Below, in pieces: positions 37,264-48,299 of a stretch of 64,000 nucleotides of DNA. The translations under genes were made by a program, and so were the position numbers. Source of the stretch: Antechinus flavipes (lineage: Eukaryota); the NCBI RefSeq assembly GCF_016432865.1, contig NC_067399.1:319114001-319178000 (forward strand), given 5' to 3'. Positions within the stretch are counted from its first letter, which is position 1, and every line of letters begins with the position of its first letter. Under the pieces are notes generated by a model. The model had not been told where the DNA came from. It searched no databases and saw only the letters and a list, made by a program, of their open reading frames with translations.

Positions 37264-39293
37264 TTAGGCGTCCACCAGAGTGAGGCCGTCATGGAGGGCT
37301 CGCTTCCACATGTAGTACGTTGACCGTGCTGTGAAAGGGAAGTGGGCACTGAACTCCTTGTAAGAGGGGAAGGTCTTTGACTCAAAGCGTCGCTGTAAGA
37401 AGAGCTTAGCTTGGGCCTTGAATTGGGTGGTGGCGATCACATCCATGACAAAGACCTTGCCGTTGCTACTGCTGCCCCCGCCCCCAGCCCCTCCTGCCAC
37501 CGAGTACCCAGACAGGGTGCCATGATAGGGCCCTGGGGAGCGATCCTCCCTGGGGGCTCCCTCCTTCTGCACTGTCGTCACCACGGGCTTCTCCTCCGCC
37601 TCCGCCTTCCCCACGGCTCCCAGGACCCCCCGACTAGGGGCCTGTAAGGGGAGCCGGGATCGAGAATTAGCCCTGCCTTTGGCTGTGCCTTTCCAGAGCC
37701 AGAAGGAGCTGGGCGAGAGGCTGGGGTAGCGAAGGCGGAACTGGCAGAAAGGGAGGCGCCCGCTCTGGACCTGCCTCCTGGCAGCCCGGCGCAGTCGCTT
37801 CTGCCAACGAGCCAGAGAGGGCTTCAGAGCCAAGAAGCCCCGGGAGCTCGGCGGTAGCCCCGCCAGCCCCTTCCTGATGGGCATGCCTTTCCCAGGCTGC
37901 AAGATCTCCCCCGTGGGAGGACGGAGACTCCCCCCGGGAAGGGAGGGTGGGATCTTGAAATTGGGATTCCCCTTGATGGCCTTCCTGCGCCAGTTATAGT
38001 AGGTGGACCGAGAGATGCCGGGGAAACTGCGTTTGAAGCACCGGTAGGGCACGAGCGTGTTCATGGAGATGCAGCGCTCCAGGTAGCTCTTGGCTCCCTG
38101 CATGAAGATCCCCGTTGGGGAGGGGTCTGGGAAGCAGCTCTTCTTCCCCTCTGCCGACAGCTTCTCCAGCTCCTCCGCCTCCAGGGAGAGCCCCGAGAGG
38201 GGGTCCTTGCTCACGCCGCCTTCAGAGGGGCCCTGAAGCTCGTGTTTCCAGGCGTAGTAAGTGGACCTGGAGATTTCGGGGAACATCTGGCGGAAGCGCT
38301 GCAAAGGGATCACGTTGCCATCCTGGAAACAGGACTGGAGGAAGTGCTTAGCAACGAAGCGCGTGGCTGCCTTCTGGCGGTGTTCTCGGGACTGGCGTTT
38401 CCAGCGGTAAAAGGTGCTCTTGGTGATGCTGTAGCGTTCGCGCAGGTGGGAGTAGGTGAGCCGGGGGTCTCGGTTCAGCAGCTCCAACGTCTCTGCCGGG
38501 GGGACAGGGGGCGGGGGCGGGGGGCTGGCCACCTCGGCCTCCACTTCCTCCAGCCCCACCACTGCGGAGAAATACTCGGGCTTGAAGACCTGGCTGGCCA
38601 GCAGCTGGCCCGCCAGCAGCTGGCCCGACCACATGATGTGGAGCGTCGAGGGGGGCTGGTTGCAACAGCGGGGTCTGATCAGCCGGTGGAAGTAGGGCCG
38701 GATCTTGAGGTTCCACATGGGATAGATGGAGTAGATGTTGTGCTGGAGGACGGACGCCAGGGCATAGAGGTGCCACACATTGGCAAAGCTGTCGGGGAAG
38801 CAGGTGGCCTTGACATCCACGTCAAAGATGGCCTCCAGGGTGGCCGGGGGCAGGCTGGTCATTTCCGGGGTCTCCTCCGAGCAGAGGGAGTAGCGGACGG
38901 CCTGCAGCATCACCTTGGAGTCAATCATGCCTTTGAGATAGTAGTGCTTGTTCAGCAACATCTCCACCACGGTGCGAGCCCGTAGCTCCGGGCTCAGGCC
39001 GGGCCCGCCCCACAGCAACACGCTGGCGGCCTCAAACAGGCGGCTGCCCTTCCCCTTGCACGCCAGGGGCAGCATGTTCTTGGGGGCGTCCTCCGGATAC
39101 AGGCTGAGAGCCACCGAGTCCACGTCCATCTCGCCCTGGAACTGCTCCCCGCTGCGGCAGCTGGGCAGAGAGAAGGAGGATAGAGTTTTCTTGGCTTCCA
39201 GGGCAGCATTGGTCAGCCCTCCAGGCCAAAGCATTCGGCTGCCTCCTGGAGCTCCTGGAGCACCCCTTGCACCAGCTGGGTCCGAGAGATCAT
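37264..39293 (-). CDS. VRTN: Vertnin, single coding exon; 676 aa if a 1-nt deficit at about 39217-39219 is corrected
   Basis: The protein matches vertnin as I recall it throughout (VDSVALSLYPEDAP, ELRARTVVEML, ANVWHLYALASVLQ, KSTFYRW, ISRSTYY repeats, C-terminal ARSTYYMWKRAL.DGLTLVD). The upstream frame from ATG 39293 gives MISRTQLVQGVLQELQEAAECFGLEG, matching the conserved N-terminus (human MTSRNQLVQKVLQELQEAVECEGLEG). Stop TAA at 37266-37264. Confidence 0.97.
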
Positions 39294-39294
39294 T

Positions 39295-39319
39295 CTGCAG
39301 GAGGAAAAGGCAAGGTCAG
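39295..39319 (-). other. Splice acceptor of the VRTN coding exon (branch point, polypyrimidine tract, AG)
   Basis: Minus strand CTGAC-CTTGCCTTTTCCTCCTGCAG|A-ATG: branch-like CTGAC about 21 nt upstream, ATG 1 nt into the exon. Confidence 0.85.
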
Positions 39320-39530
39320 AGAGGATGCCACAAATGGGGGCTACGGATCATTTCTACCTCCTGCTGCTACCCCAGCCCCCATCTTCCTCACAGGGAAGGT
39401 TCCAATGCCTGACACCTGGGATTCAAGCCCTTGGCTCCTGAAAAGGCTTCTTTATAGGACTCCACAGCACCTGGAGGCGCTTGTTCACCTTTTTCAAGTC
39501 TTGGACCCCTTTTTTCAAAATAAGGTTTTT

Positions 39531-39532
<2 letters not shown>

Positions 39533-39607
<75 letters not shown>
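39533..39607. repeat. (TA)n microsatellite, about 37 units, one interruption
   Basis: Direct reading; source of the spurious IY-repeat ORFs 39267..39737 and 39423..39743. Confidence 0.98.
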
Positions 39608-39611
<4 letters not shown>

Positions 39612-41014
39612 AGGCATAGGAGGATCCCAAAGGAAATTAATAATACTGAAATACAAGAAAAAAAAAAAAAACAACAATTTCACAAAGCACAGGAGCCCAG
39701 AGCCAAACAGGATCTTTCTTCCAAATATATTTTTTAGTCTCATTCCCTCATTTTTTGGAATGGCAAAGGTTGAAAGATCATCAACTGATCTGTCCTATGT
39801 CATCTAAGTTTTAAGTAGTGGAACCTGAATTTATATCAGGTCTTATGATTCCAAACTACCCCCACATGGTCACAAACTCGCTTGTTCTGCACATAAGGCA
39901 AGCTAAAACCCAGTGGGGTGATAAAATTTATCCCAAAGATCATACAGCTAGAAAGTGGTAGTCAGGATTCTAACCCACATTTCCTGGCTCCTGTGGGGTT
40001 ATTTCCAGTAATACCCCCTTCCCATCCCCTATCTCCTCCCAATTCCTGTCCTAAAAAGACTCTTCTTCCAAAGACAAACCTATGTAGAGGGCAGCGAAGG
40101 CTCCCTGGCTGATTCCAGAAAAGGGGTAGCTTGTCCCACTTCCTCCCAGAGAAACTCTTGAGTCCTAACTTGGTTGCAAACACAGCTGGGACTGAGAATG
40201 TAGCATGGGTAGGAGGGATGGAGGCGGTAGCTCCACACTCTTAAGCAGAACTAAATGCTAATATAATTCAGGTGGAACACCCGGAGGCTTGATAGTAGCC
40301 TTCCCAAAGAAACAAAAACAAGGGGCTAACCAGGTGGTTTGGGAAAAGGGTTGGGAGTTAATGTAACTCATATTAAGAGAGAAAAAGAAAAAAAGGGAAA
40401 GAAAGAGAGGGAGAGAACTAGATGACAGCCATTTAGTTTTCCAGTAGTATCCTATATTTTCAGCCCTTTCCCCCTCCTCCAAAGTCTATACTAAGAGGCA
40501 GCAGGACTTTTTCCCATACCTGATAGCAGATTCAGATATTTAATGTCCTCCCAACTCCTTTACAAATGTATCTTCCACCCAGAACTCCCTAAATTTGGGA
40601 TGGGCTGCTGTATAATAAATGAGGGGACTGAACTAGTTGTGGTATTTTAAGTCCCTTTAAATTCTAGATTTATGATCCCACATCCTGTGATGTGAAATGG
40701 GGGCCATTATTTACATTTTACAGATGAAGAAGTCAAGTCTCAGAAAGTTTATCTGACTTGCTCAAGATCATATACATTCTGTGAGATGAAGTTTGAACCC
40801 AGGTTTTCCTGTCTTGAAATCCAGATCTATCCATTTCAATATGCTGCCAAAATTATCATACACTCCATATGGGTAGAATATTCTACCATGTGCTGTCATA
40901 TACACCAATTGGATTTCAGTTGAAGAATGGAAATGAATCTGCCCATTCTCCAGAATTAAGAGTGACTCCAAACAAAGGATGGATCAATCATCAATAATTA
41001 ATCTCCTAACTTCA

Positions 41015-41175
41015 CATGTTTAACAACTACACTGCAATCTTGGGAGAAGGTAAGGGAGAGGGAGGGAGAACATTTTGGAACACAAAGTTTTGCAAAGGTG
41101 AATGCTGAAAACTATCTTTGCCTGTATTTGGAAAAATAAAATGCTATTTGAAAAAAATTTTTAAATTAAAAAAAG
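41015..41175 (+). mobile_element. L1 3' end
   Basis: gggagggagaacattttggaacacaaagttttgcaaaggtgaatgctgaaaactatc...aaataaaatgctattt. Confidence 0.75.
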
Positions 41176-42891
41176 TAATCTCCTACCACATGTAAAACAT
41201 CATGTAAGATGCGGGGATATAAAATCAAAAATAAAATGGTTTGTTCCCTCTAGAAGCTTATATTCTATAAGGAAAGATGAATTATAAGTATATAATAATT
41301 ATGAAATTATATAAATATTTAATAGATATGAAAGTATATAATAGAAATGAAATTAATACATACTACTTTCAAAGGAAAGGAGAGGTGTGAGCAGCTAGGG
41401 AGGAAAGGCCTCATATAGCAGCTGGTGTTTAGCTAAACTCTGAAGGAAACTTGAGATTCTAAGAATCAGGTAAAAACCTCTTTAAAGGTGCTTTCGAGCT
41501 AAGGATCTACGGTCCTATATAACGACCTTAGGAGTTTTTGATTTGGAATGACTAGAAAGACAACGGTAGCTCTAACAGTAACAGGGAATGAGTTGGTACA
41601 ATGGTTAGACTGCTGAGCCTGCAATTAGGAAAATCTCAGTTCAAAATCTGGACTCAGATTTTGGGTGACCCTCAGTTTCCATAATTGTAAGAAAAAAGGT
41701 GGGGAGGGTAAAAATGATAATACCCACAATCACACCTATCTCCCAGGGTTATTGTAAAGATTAAATGAGATAACACTTGTAGAGGGCTTAGCCCAGTGTC
41801 TGGTACACAGTAAGCACTATGTAAATGCTAGTTATTTATTATTATTAATATTAAAACGGGAAGGTTTAGGTGGACCAAGTTAAGATAACGAATTTGGTTT
41901 CAGACGGGCTGAATTAGAGATGACTCCAAGACTGAAACTCAGGGGGAAAGATCAAGATCAGAGAATCACCAACATAAACACTGAAGCAGATGAAATCAGC
42001 GGAGAAGGTATCCCTAGGACAGCCTAGGCCTTGAGGCACACTCATGCAAAGGGGGCCAGAAGATGAACGATCCCACAAGAGATTGTGGAGAATCAAAAAA
42101 GGACAAGGAGAGGGCAGCACTAGGAAGCCTCTCCGGAGAATAAATAAACAATGTCAAAAGCTACAAGAGAAGGTCAAGGAGAATGGGGAGCAGGCCCGGG
42201 GTCAGCAGTCACATCAGAGGTCAGAAGTCAGCTGGCAAAGGCTAGACAAGCCAACTGGCCCCGGAAGGGAAGCTCAGAGATCTCAAGAGATGATGAAGTC
42301 CAACTTTCTCATCCTAGACAGGAATAAAATGAGGCCGAGAGAAGCTTTTCCAAGGTCACACAAAGCCACGAAGTAGGAGAAAGGAGATTCCGTCTCCCCC
42401 AAAGCCCCATCGGAGTTCCTCCGGTCCTGAGACACTAAGCAGCCCGACGGTGCAGCGGATAGGGCCCGGTCCTGAAGTCAGGAGGCTCTGAGACCAAATA
42501 TGGCCTCGGCCTTTACTTAACATAGACTAAACAAATCAGCCACTTAACACTTGCTGGATGTGTGGGCCCACAAGCATATTAAGTACTTATTTACTGGGAA
42601 GCACTTAAGTGCTCGAGAAAGAATTTCCACACCAAACATTGCTCACCGAGGGACTAACATGGTCCTTTCCCCTTAAGCTCACATTCCAGTGGCAGAGGCA
42701 ACAAGCAAATAATTATGTACATACAAGGTCTACACAATGTATCAGTGTGGGTTGGGAGGGTGGGGAGGGGGTGGGGAGATAACCCAGAAAGACCTCTAGC
42801 AGATTGCAGAAAATCCATGGAATCGGAATTTTCCTAAATTAGGTGGAGTTGGGAGGGATCTTAAACTTTAAACATAAAACATAATGTTTTG

Positions 42892-42987
42892 CATGTATCG
42901 GTCTACCTGTCATCTGGGGGAGGGAGTGGGTCGATGCTGAAAAATTACCCATGAATATGTTTTGTAAACAAAAACTATTAAAAAAAC
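42892..42987 (+). mobile_element. Short, internally deleted L1 3' end with 13-bp TSD
   Basis: acataatgttttg at 42879-42891 and 42988-43000. Confidence 0.7.
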
Positions 42988-44959
42988 ACATAATGTTTTG
43001 TCTCCAATAAATGCTTAATTAATTTTAACTGAACTGAATTGGCTGCAAGGATGCTTTTCATACCATCGTGTTTCCTGGGGGCTACTACACTTGAGGAATA
43101 TTGACAGTAAATGCTGAGGAGTATGCTGGACATGACACTATTTTTCATTCATAGTCACTGTCCCCAAAATCTGCAATGTTCTCCCTCCTCATCTCCACCT
43201 TCCAGCAAGCTTGGTTTCCTTCATGTCTCAGCTAAAACCCCACTTTCTACTGTTCTGATCCCCTTTAATTCTAGTGCCCTCCTTCTGTGGATTATTTCCA
43301 ATTTATTTTGTATATAGTTATTTGCTTGTTATCTCCCCTCCATCCCCCTTAAATTGGGAGCTCCTTGAGTTTAGGGACTGTCTGCTTTTCTTAGGATCCC
43401 CAGGGTTTTAGACCAGGGCCTTCACATAGTAGGCACTTTATAAATCCTAGTTGACTAACGGAGTTAGCCATCCTGGGTCTTCTATAAAATGGTCTGTTAG
43501 AAAAAAAACTAAATTTGCTCTCTTTCCCTTTCTCCTCTCAGTCCCTGCTGGAGTCTGTGCATATCACCTCCTAGGTTCCTCAGAAATACCAAAGCCGTCT
43601 CTCCCCTTACTTCTCCAACACCGTCCTCCCCAGCCCTGTGTTGGCGGTGGCAAAAGAACCAAAAGGTGAAAAAAGCATTTAGGATCACAAGAAATCTCAA
43701 AGTTGGAAGGAATCCATGTTGTCTTCGTTCAGTACAATCCCTTCCAAAGAACTTGCCAGGTGCTTGTTGGCAAGAGGCACCCAGGTTAAAAAGACCAGGT
43801 CCCAGCTAGGTCAGCTTAACCCTCTCCTAGACCTGTGTGTTAAACCCTAGATCTGGGTCCATATTGGTGTTTCCCTTCGGTAATCCTGCCTTTCTTCTTA
43901 GCTAGTATCAGAAGCTCAGCAGTTACCATACAGTTCCCTCTTGGCCCGTAATCCAGGATAGCCCAAAAGTCTTAGGGACTTTTAGTTACAATAAGATAAA
44001 TAATAGTTGCATTCAAAAACCATTTATTAATGTATTAAAACAGCCCTGTCCGCAAGGAACTTGCATTCTGCTCTATTTCTTCTCCCTAGTCTTATCTTCC
44101 CAGTTCACAAGAGAAAAGGTCAAACTATGTCTTTATTTCCCAGTGTGGAGCCCATAGCAACGATGTGTTCTTTGATTCACTCTCCACACCAGCCAGTAGC
44201 TTAACAATTCAAATCCATAAGGGAACTCAGCCAGCCTCTCCTCAATTCTTCCTACTCACTACATCACTAGTTACTCCAGTTCTGGTCCTCATTCCCGTCT
44301 CCCCATCTCCAGGGGGAGAGAGTGACTGCCATGTTGAGGAGGTTACTCTTTCTCCCTCCCATGGTAGGCATCAGGTCTTACTCGGAGCCCAGGCAAATAG
44401 GGCGCCTTGAGTGGAGTGGCAGTTGGGTGGGGAAGGGATGAGGGAAAGACCCGTGGGACCTCAGCTCTCAGAGGGGTAACTTCCACACAATATAAGTGAA
44501 ATCTTAAGACTGAGATCTGTTACATCTTTCTTTAACCCAGAAGTCTCAACTAGGATAAAGCAAGGCCACCGAAAGGCCTAAAGCATAAATAGGAAAGGGG
44601 AATTAAAATAGGGCAAGAGCAAAAGAGGAAAATAAGTTGAAAAGGGAAAAATACAATGGTATTAACAGCTGCCCCTCAGCACCAGCTGCCCAGGGTGTGG
44701 GGAACTAACCAGACCCATAGCAGACTCAAGAAGTAAGAAGAGAAAAGAGAGAAGGAATCACTTGGTGCTTTATAGAGAAAATGAGAAGTTGACTAGGTGA
44801 CCTCTAAAGTCCTACAGTACAAGATTGTGTGTCCAGGCAAGAGAAATTCCAGAAACTGGGGAGGGGCCAAGCTTAGATTCATTGTGTTGGATGGTGAAGG
44901 GATTTGCTGAGGGTGGGGGTTGGGAAAAGAGAAAAATCTTCTAAAACAATCTCTTCCTT

Positions 44960-45215
44960 TTATTCTTTTTCTCTTCTCTTTTCAATATCTTTCTCTCCTC
45001 TCCCTTTCTCTGTACCTCTAAATCTACCTCTCTCTCTCTCTCTCCCTCACTCTGTACCTGTACCTCTCCCTCTCTCATCTCTCCTTTTTTCCCTTCTTCC
45101 CTCTATCTCTTTCTGTACTTCTCTCTTTACTCTATCTCTGTCTCTCTCATTTCTCCTCTCTCTCTCTCTCCATCCTTTTCCTTCTCCTTCTCTCCCTGTA
45201 CCTCTGTTTCTGTCT
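44960..45215. repeat. CT-rich low-complexity tract with short ctctgtacct motifs
   Basis: Direct reading; source of ORFs 44904..45467 and 45047..45433. Confidence 0.9.
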
Positions 45216-48200
45216 CTCCCAATCCCAAAAGCAGCAGGGAAAGAAAAACAGGCACTCCTTTGGGGCAGTGACTCCCTGACCCAAGGATGTGACCCACCCT
45301 CCCACACACACACTTCATTAGGACTCCTCGTTCTCCCACAGCCTAGGCTCCAGACACCCCAAGCTGCAGGCGTTGACTCAGCAATGGCATGCACCCAAGA
45401 CAAACATTCCCTTCTCCACCCAGATTGGGACATTAGGGGACCTCAATCTACTGACCTTGTAGCCTGAATCTGCAGGGCTCCCAATATCTGGTCCCAGAAT
45501 CCACTTTCTTGCTCTGTACTTCTCAGCCTTGTATCTTTAAATCCCGGGACAGGATCCCCACCAGGTCTGGCTTCCCCAGCTGGACACCATATTCACACTG
45601 GATCTGGTTTCAAATCTGGAGTGAGCCATTTTACACTGAACCAAACCATTCACGGCCAACTGGCGAGTGTGTGAAAAGATTTAAGCTCCTCCCCTCCCCC
45701 CACCAGGAAATAGTCCATCCTCAAGTGCTCTTGTCTCAAGATGAAAGAAGTGTAGATTCGGGGGGTCACTTCCAAAGCTAAAGTGATAATAGCTATTGTC
45801 CCAGGACCCTCAAATCAGCAGGACTTCTTAAAGTGGCAGCTCTGACCCCAAAGTTGTCAGGAAATCTATTCCAGTTGAAATGTCCCAATTCCTAATTTTA
45901 AAAAAAGTTTTTAAAACATAGAGTCGGGAAGGAGAGAAAGTCTAAGACTAAGATTGTCTCCCTAGGAGAGATGTAGAGAAGCAGAGCACAGGGGTCTGGA
46001 AAACAACTACTTGAATTGTCAGGGACTTTGGGGGCTCTTTTAGTTTTAACCCCAATCCACCCCTACTCTTTCCAACCACTGACCCAGTCCCTTCAAAAAA
46101 GGTCAATAAGAAGCTGGACTTCTTAGCTTCAGAAATACAGCTTTAGGAGTCAAGGGAAAAAAATCACCCCTAAAGGAGCCAAGTTCTATATCTCATTCCC
46201 TGAACTCTCCAGTTGTCATGACCACTCCTGTGCAAGAGGGATCACCCCGTAAGCCTCCCAGTGGGCCTCCATCATTGCGATCAACCCTATCATTGCTCCC
46301 CATAATGGGCCCACTCTCCTCAAAGGTCATATTGACTCAACAATTCTTGTGAACCTTCCAAATGTCTAGACTAGGACTAAAGATGTCAGATGCATAAGTG
46401 TGTGTCTGAGTGTGTTTATGTGTGTATATTGGGGGGAGGGGTTCTTTAGGAAGAAAGTAGCCAGGAAAATAAAGAACCAAACAACCAGGGACATGGGGGT
46501 GGGGTGTATGGCGGTGGGGAGAGTCAAATCTCTGCCTCCTCCCCCTTTGATTCACCTCCATTGGCTTACCACCAGAACAGGAGAGAGGGAAGAACTTTCA
46601 ATCGGGTCCTATCTAACCTTTCCCGGTGGGGGAGACAAGACTGGATTGTTCCCTGCAGTGTCTTTTCCCCAGGCTTTTTCCTGTCTGGTTTTAACCCTTT
46701 GTGTGCCCCAAATTACCTAACTACCCCGCTTCCACATCCGTTCCTCAGTAAATTTTCACCTGTACACTACCACCACCCCTCCCTACCCTCCCGACCAAAC
46801 CCAGCTCCCCACACCAGCTATTACATTCTTCAAATGTCAATCCCTCTTCTTTAAGTAGCAGAAACTGATTTATCTTACCTTGGACAACTACCGTCAAATG
46901 CTCCTCCATCCCATTCCTTCAACTTCTTGAAATCACCGAATCCATCTTCCCAACTCTCTTCTTACTCTTCCAGTAATCGTCTACACCCAAGATTTCAATA
47001 GTCTGTGTAAATGTGTCCAAAATCTCTCTTTAGCCCCAACTTCTCTCTTTAAGGTTCTTTTGATTTCTGAATTTGTGATCTTGATCTGGTCCGATCCTGA
47101 CACATCCAACTGCATTCTGTACGTCACCCAAGTTGCTGGCTTCTATAAATTCAGGGTCTCAAAATAAATCCTACCGAGATTGCAGCTTCGCCAGTACTTC
47201 AGATGAAGGTGAAAGACGGCCATCCCAATTCAATTCAATTCAACTGAACCAAAGTTCATTAAGTACAAGCTAAAAGTCAAGCACCAAACCGCACAATTAT
47301 ACCAAAAAAAAAAAAAAAAAAGAAAAGAAAGAAACAAAAACAAAAACAAAAACAAAAAAGTCCCTGCCCTTAGGAAATTTACATTCTACTGGGAATTTAC
47401 TTACCTCACTTTTGAGTGTCATCTTCAACTCCTCCCTCCAATCTCACATTCAGTCAATCAGTAAATCCTAATCTGTAGCTACATTCTTCGATTTATTTCT
47501 CAAGGGTTCCCAAGGTCATTATTCTTGCCTCACATCTTTCTACTAGATCCCAGCTTCTTAAATTATGGGTCTCGACCCCGTGTGGGATCTCATAACTGAA
47601 TGTGCGAGTCTAGAAATTCTGATTTATTATCAGTAATTGTTTGATTTGTATGCCTTTCTTACATACCTGTATATTTGTGGATCACTTAAAACTTTCTCAA
47701 TTGAAAAGAGGTTGAGAGTGGGAAAAGTTTAAGAAACTCCGTTATTAGGTGCCCTTAAAAAAGTGTAATACCATCTTAATTAGTGTCCTTGCTTTCTGTC
47801 TCTCTTATCTGATACATAGCATTGAAAGACCCATGTCCTTAAAAGCCTCCCATGGCTCCTCATTACTTATATGGCATATTCCAAACTTTTTAACTGGAAC
47901 TTCCAAGTTACCTTTTTACCTTAATCTCATACTGCTTCCCTTCAATTACTCTAGGTAGTAGCTAACTTTAGTTCCTCAATTTGTCCCTCCCTTTCTTAGT
48001 CCCATTGCCATTGTTCTTTCTATCTCTAAAGCTACCCCACGCCCATTCTCTATCTGTTGAAAATAAACTTTTGAGCACCTCTTCGATGAAGCCTGCCCTG
48101 AGTTCCCCCAGTGTATTCCAGAATTAAATCCCCATATATTTATTACTGTTTGACTTTTAAAGTCCTTCATAACTTAGCCCCCTTATACCTTTCCAGTATT

Positions 48201-48299
48201 AACACTTTATTCTCTTCCCTTTAGTCTAGTCCTAAATCCAGTGACTTACTATATTCTTTTAAAGACACTCTTCTGACTGCTCAAATTTTCTTCTTTAAA

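Noticed and set aside
38242-38985. 247-aa plus-strand ORF (and 38948..39412) antisense to VRTN
   Set aside because: Expected shadow ORFs of a GC-rich coding exon; no recognisable protein and no independent signals.
39232-39234. ATG 39234 as the true VRTN start
   Set aside because: MLWPGG does not match the vertnin N-terminus; the conserved start and splice acceptor are at 39293-39296.
42641-42650. Minus-strand donor TCG|GTGAGC as the end of VRTN exon 1
   Set aside because: Only moderate consensus, inside L2-like sequence, with no supporting evidence.
44904-45467. 187-aa S/L/P-rich ORF
   Set aside because: CT microsatellite-like tract.
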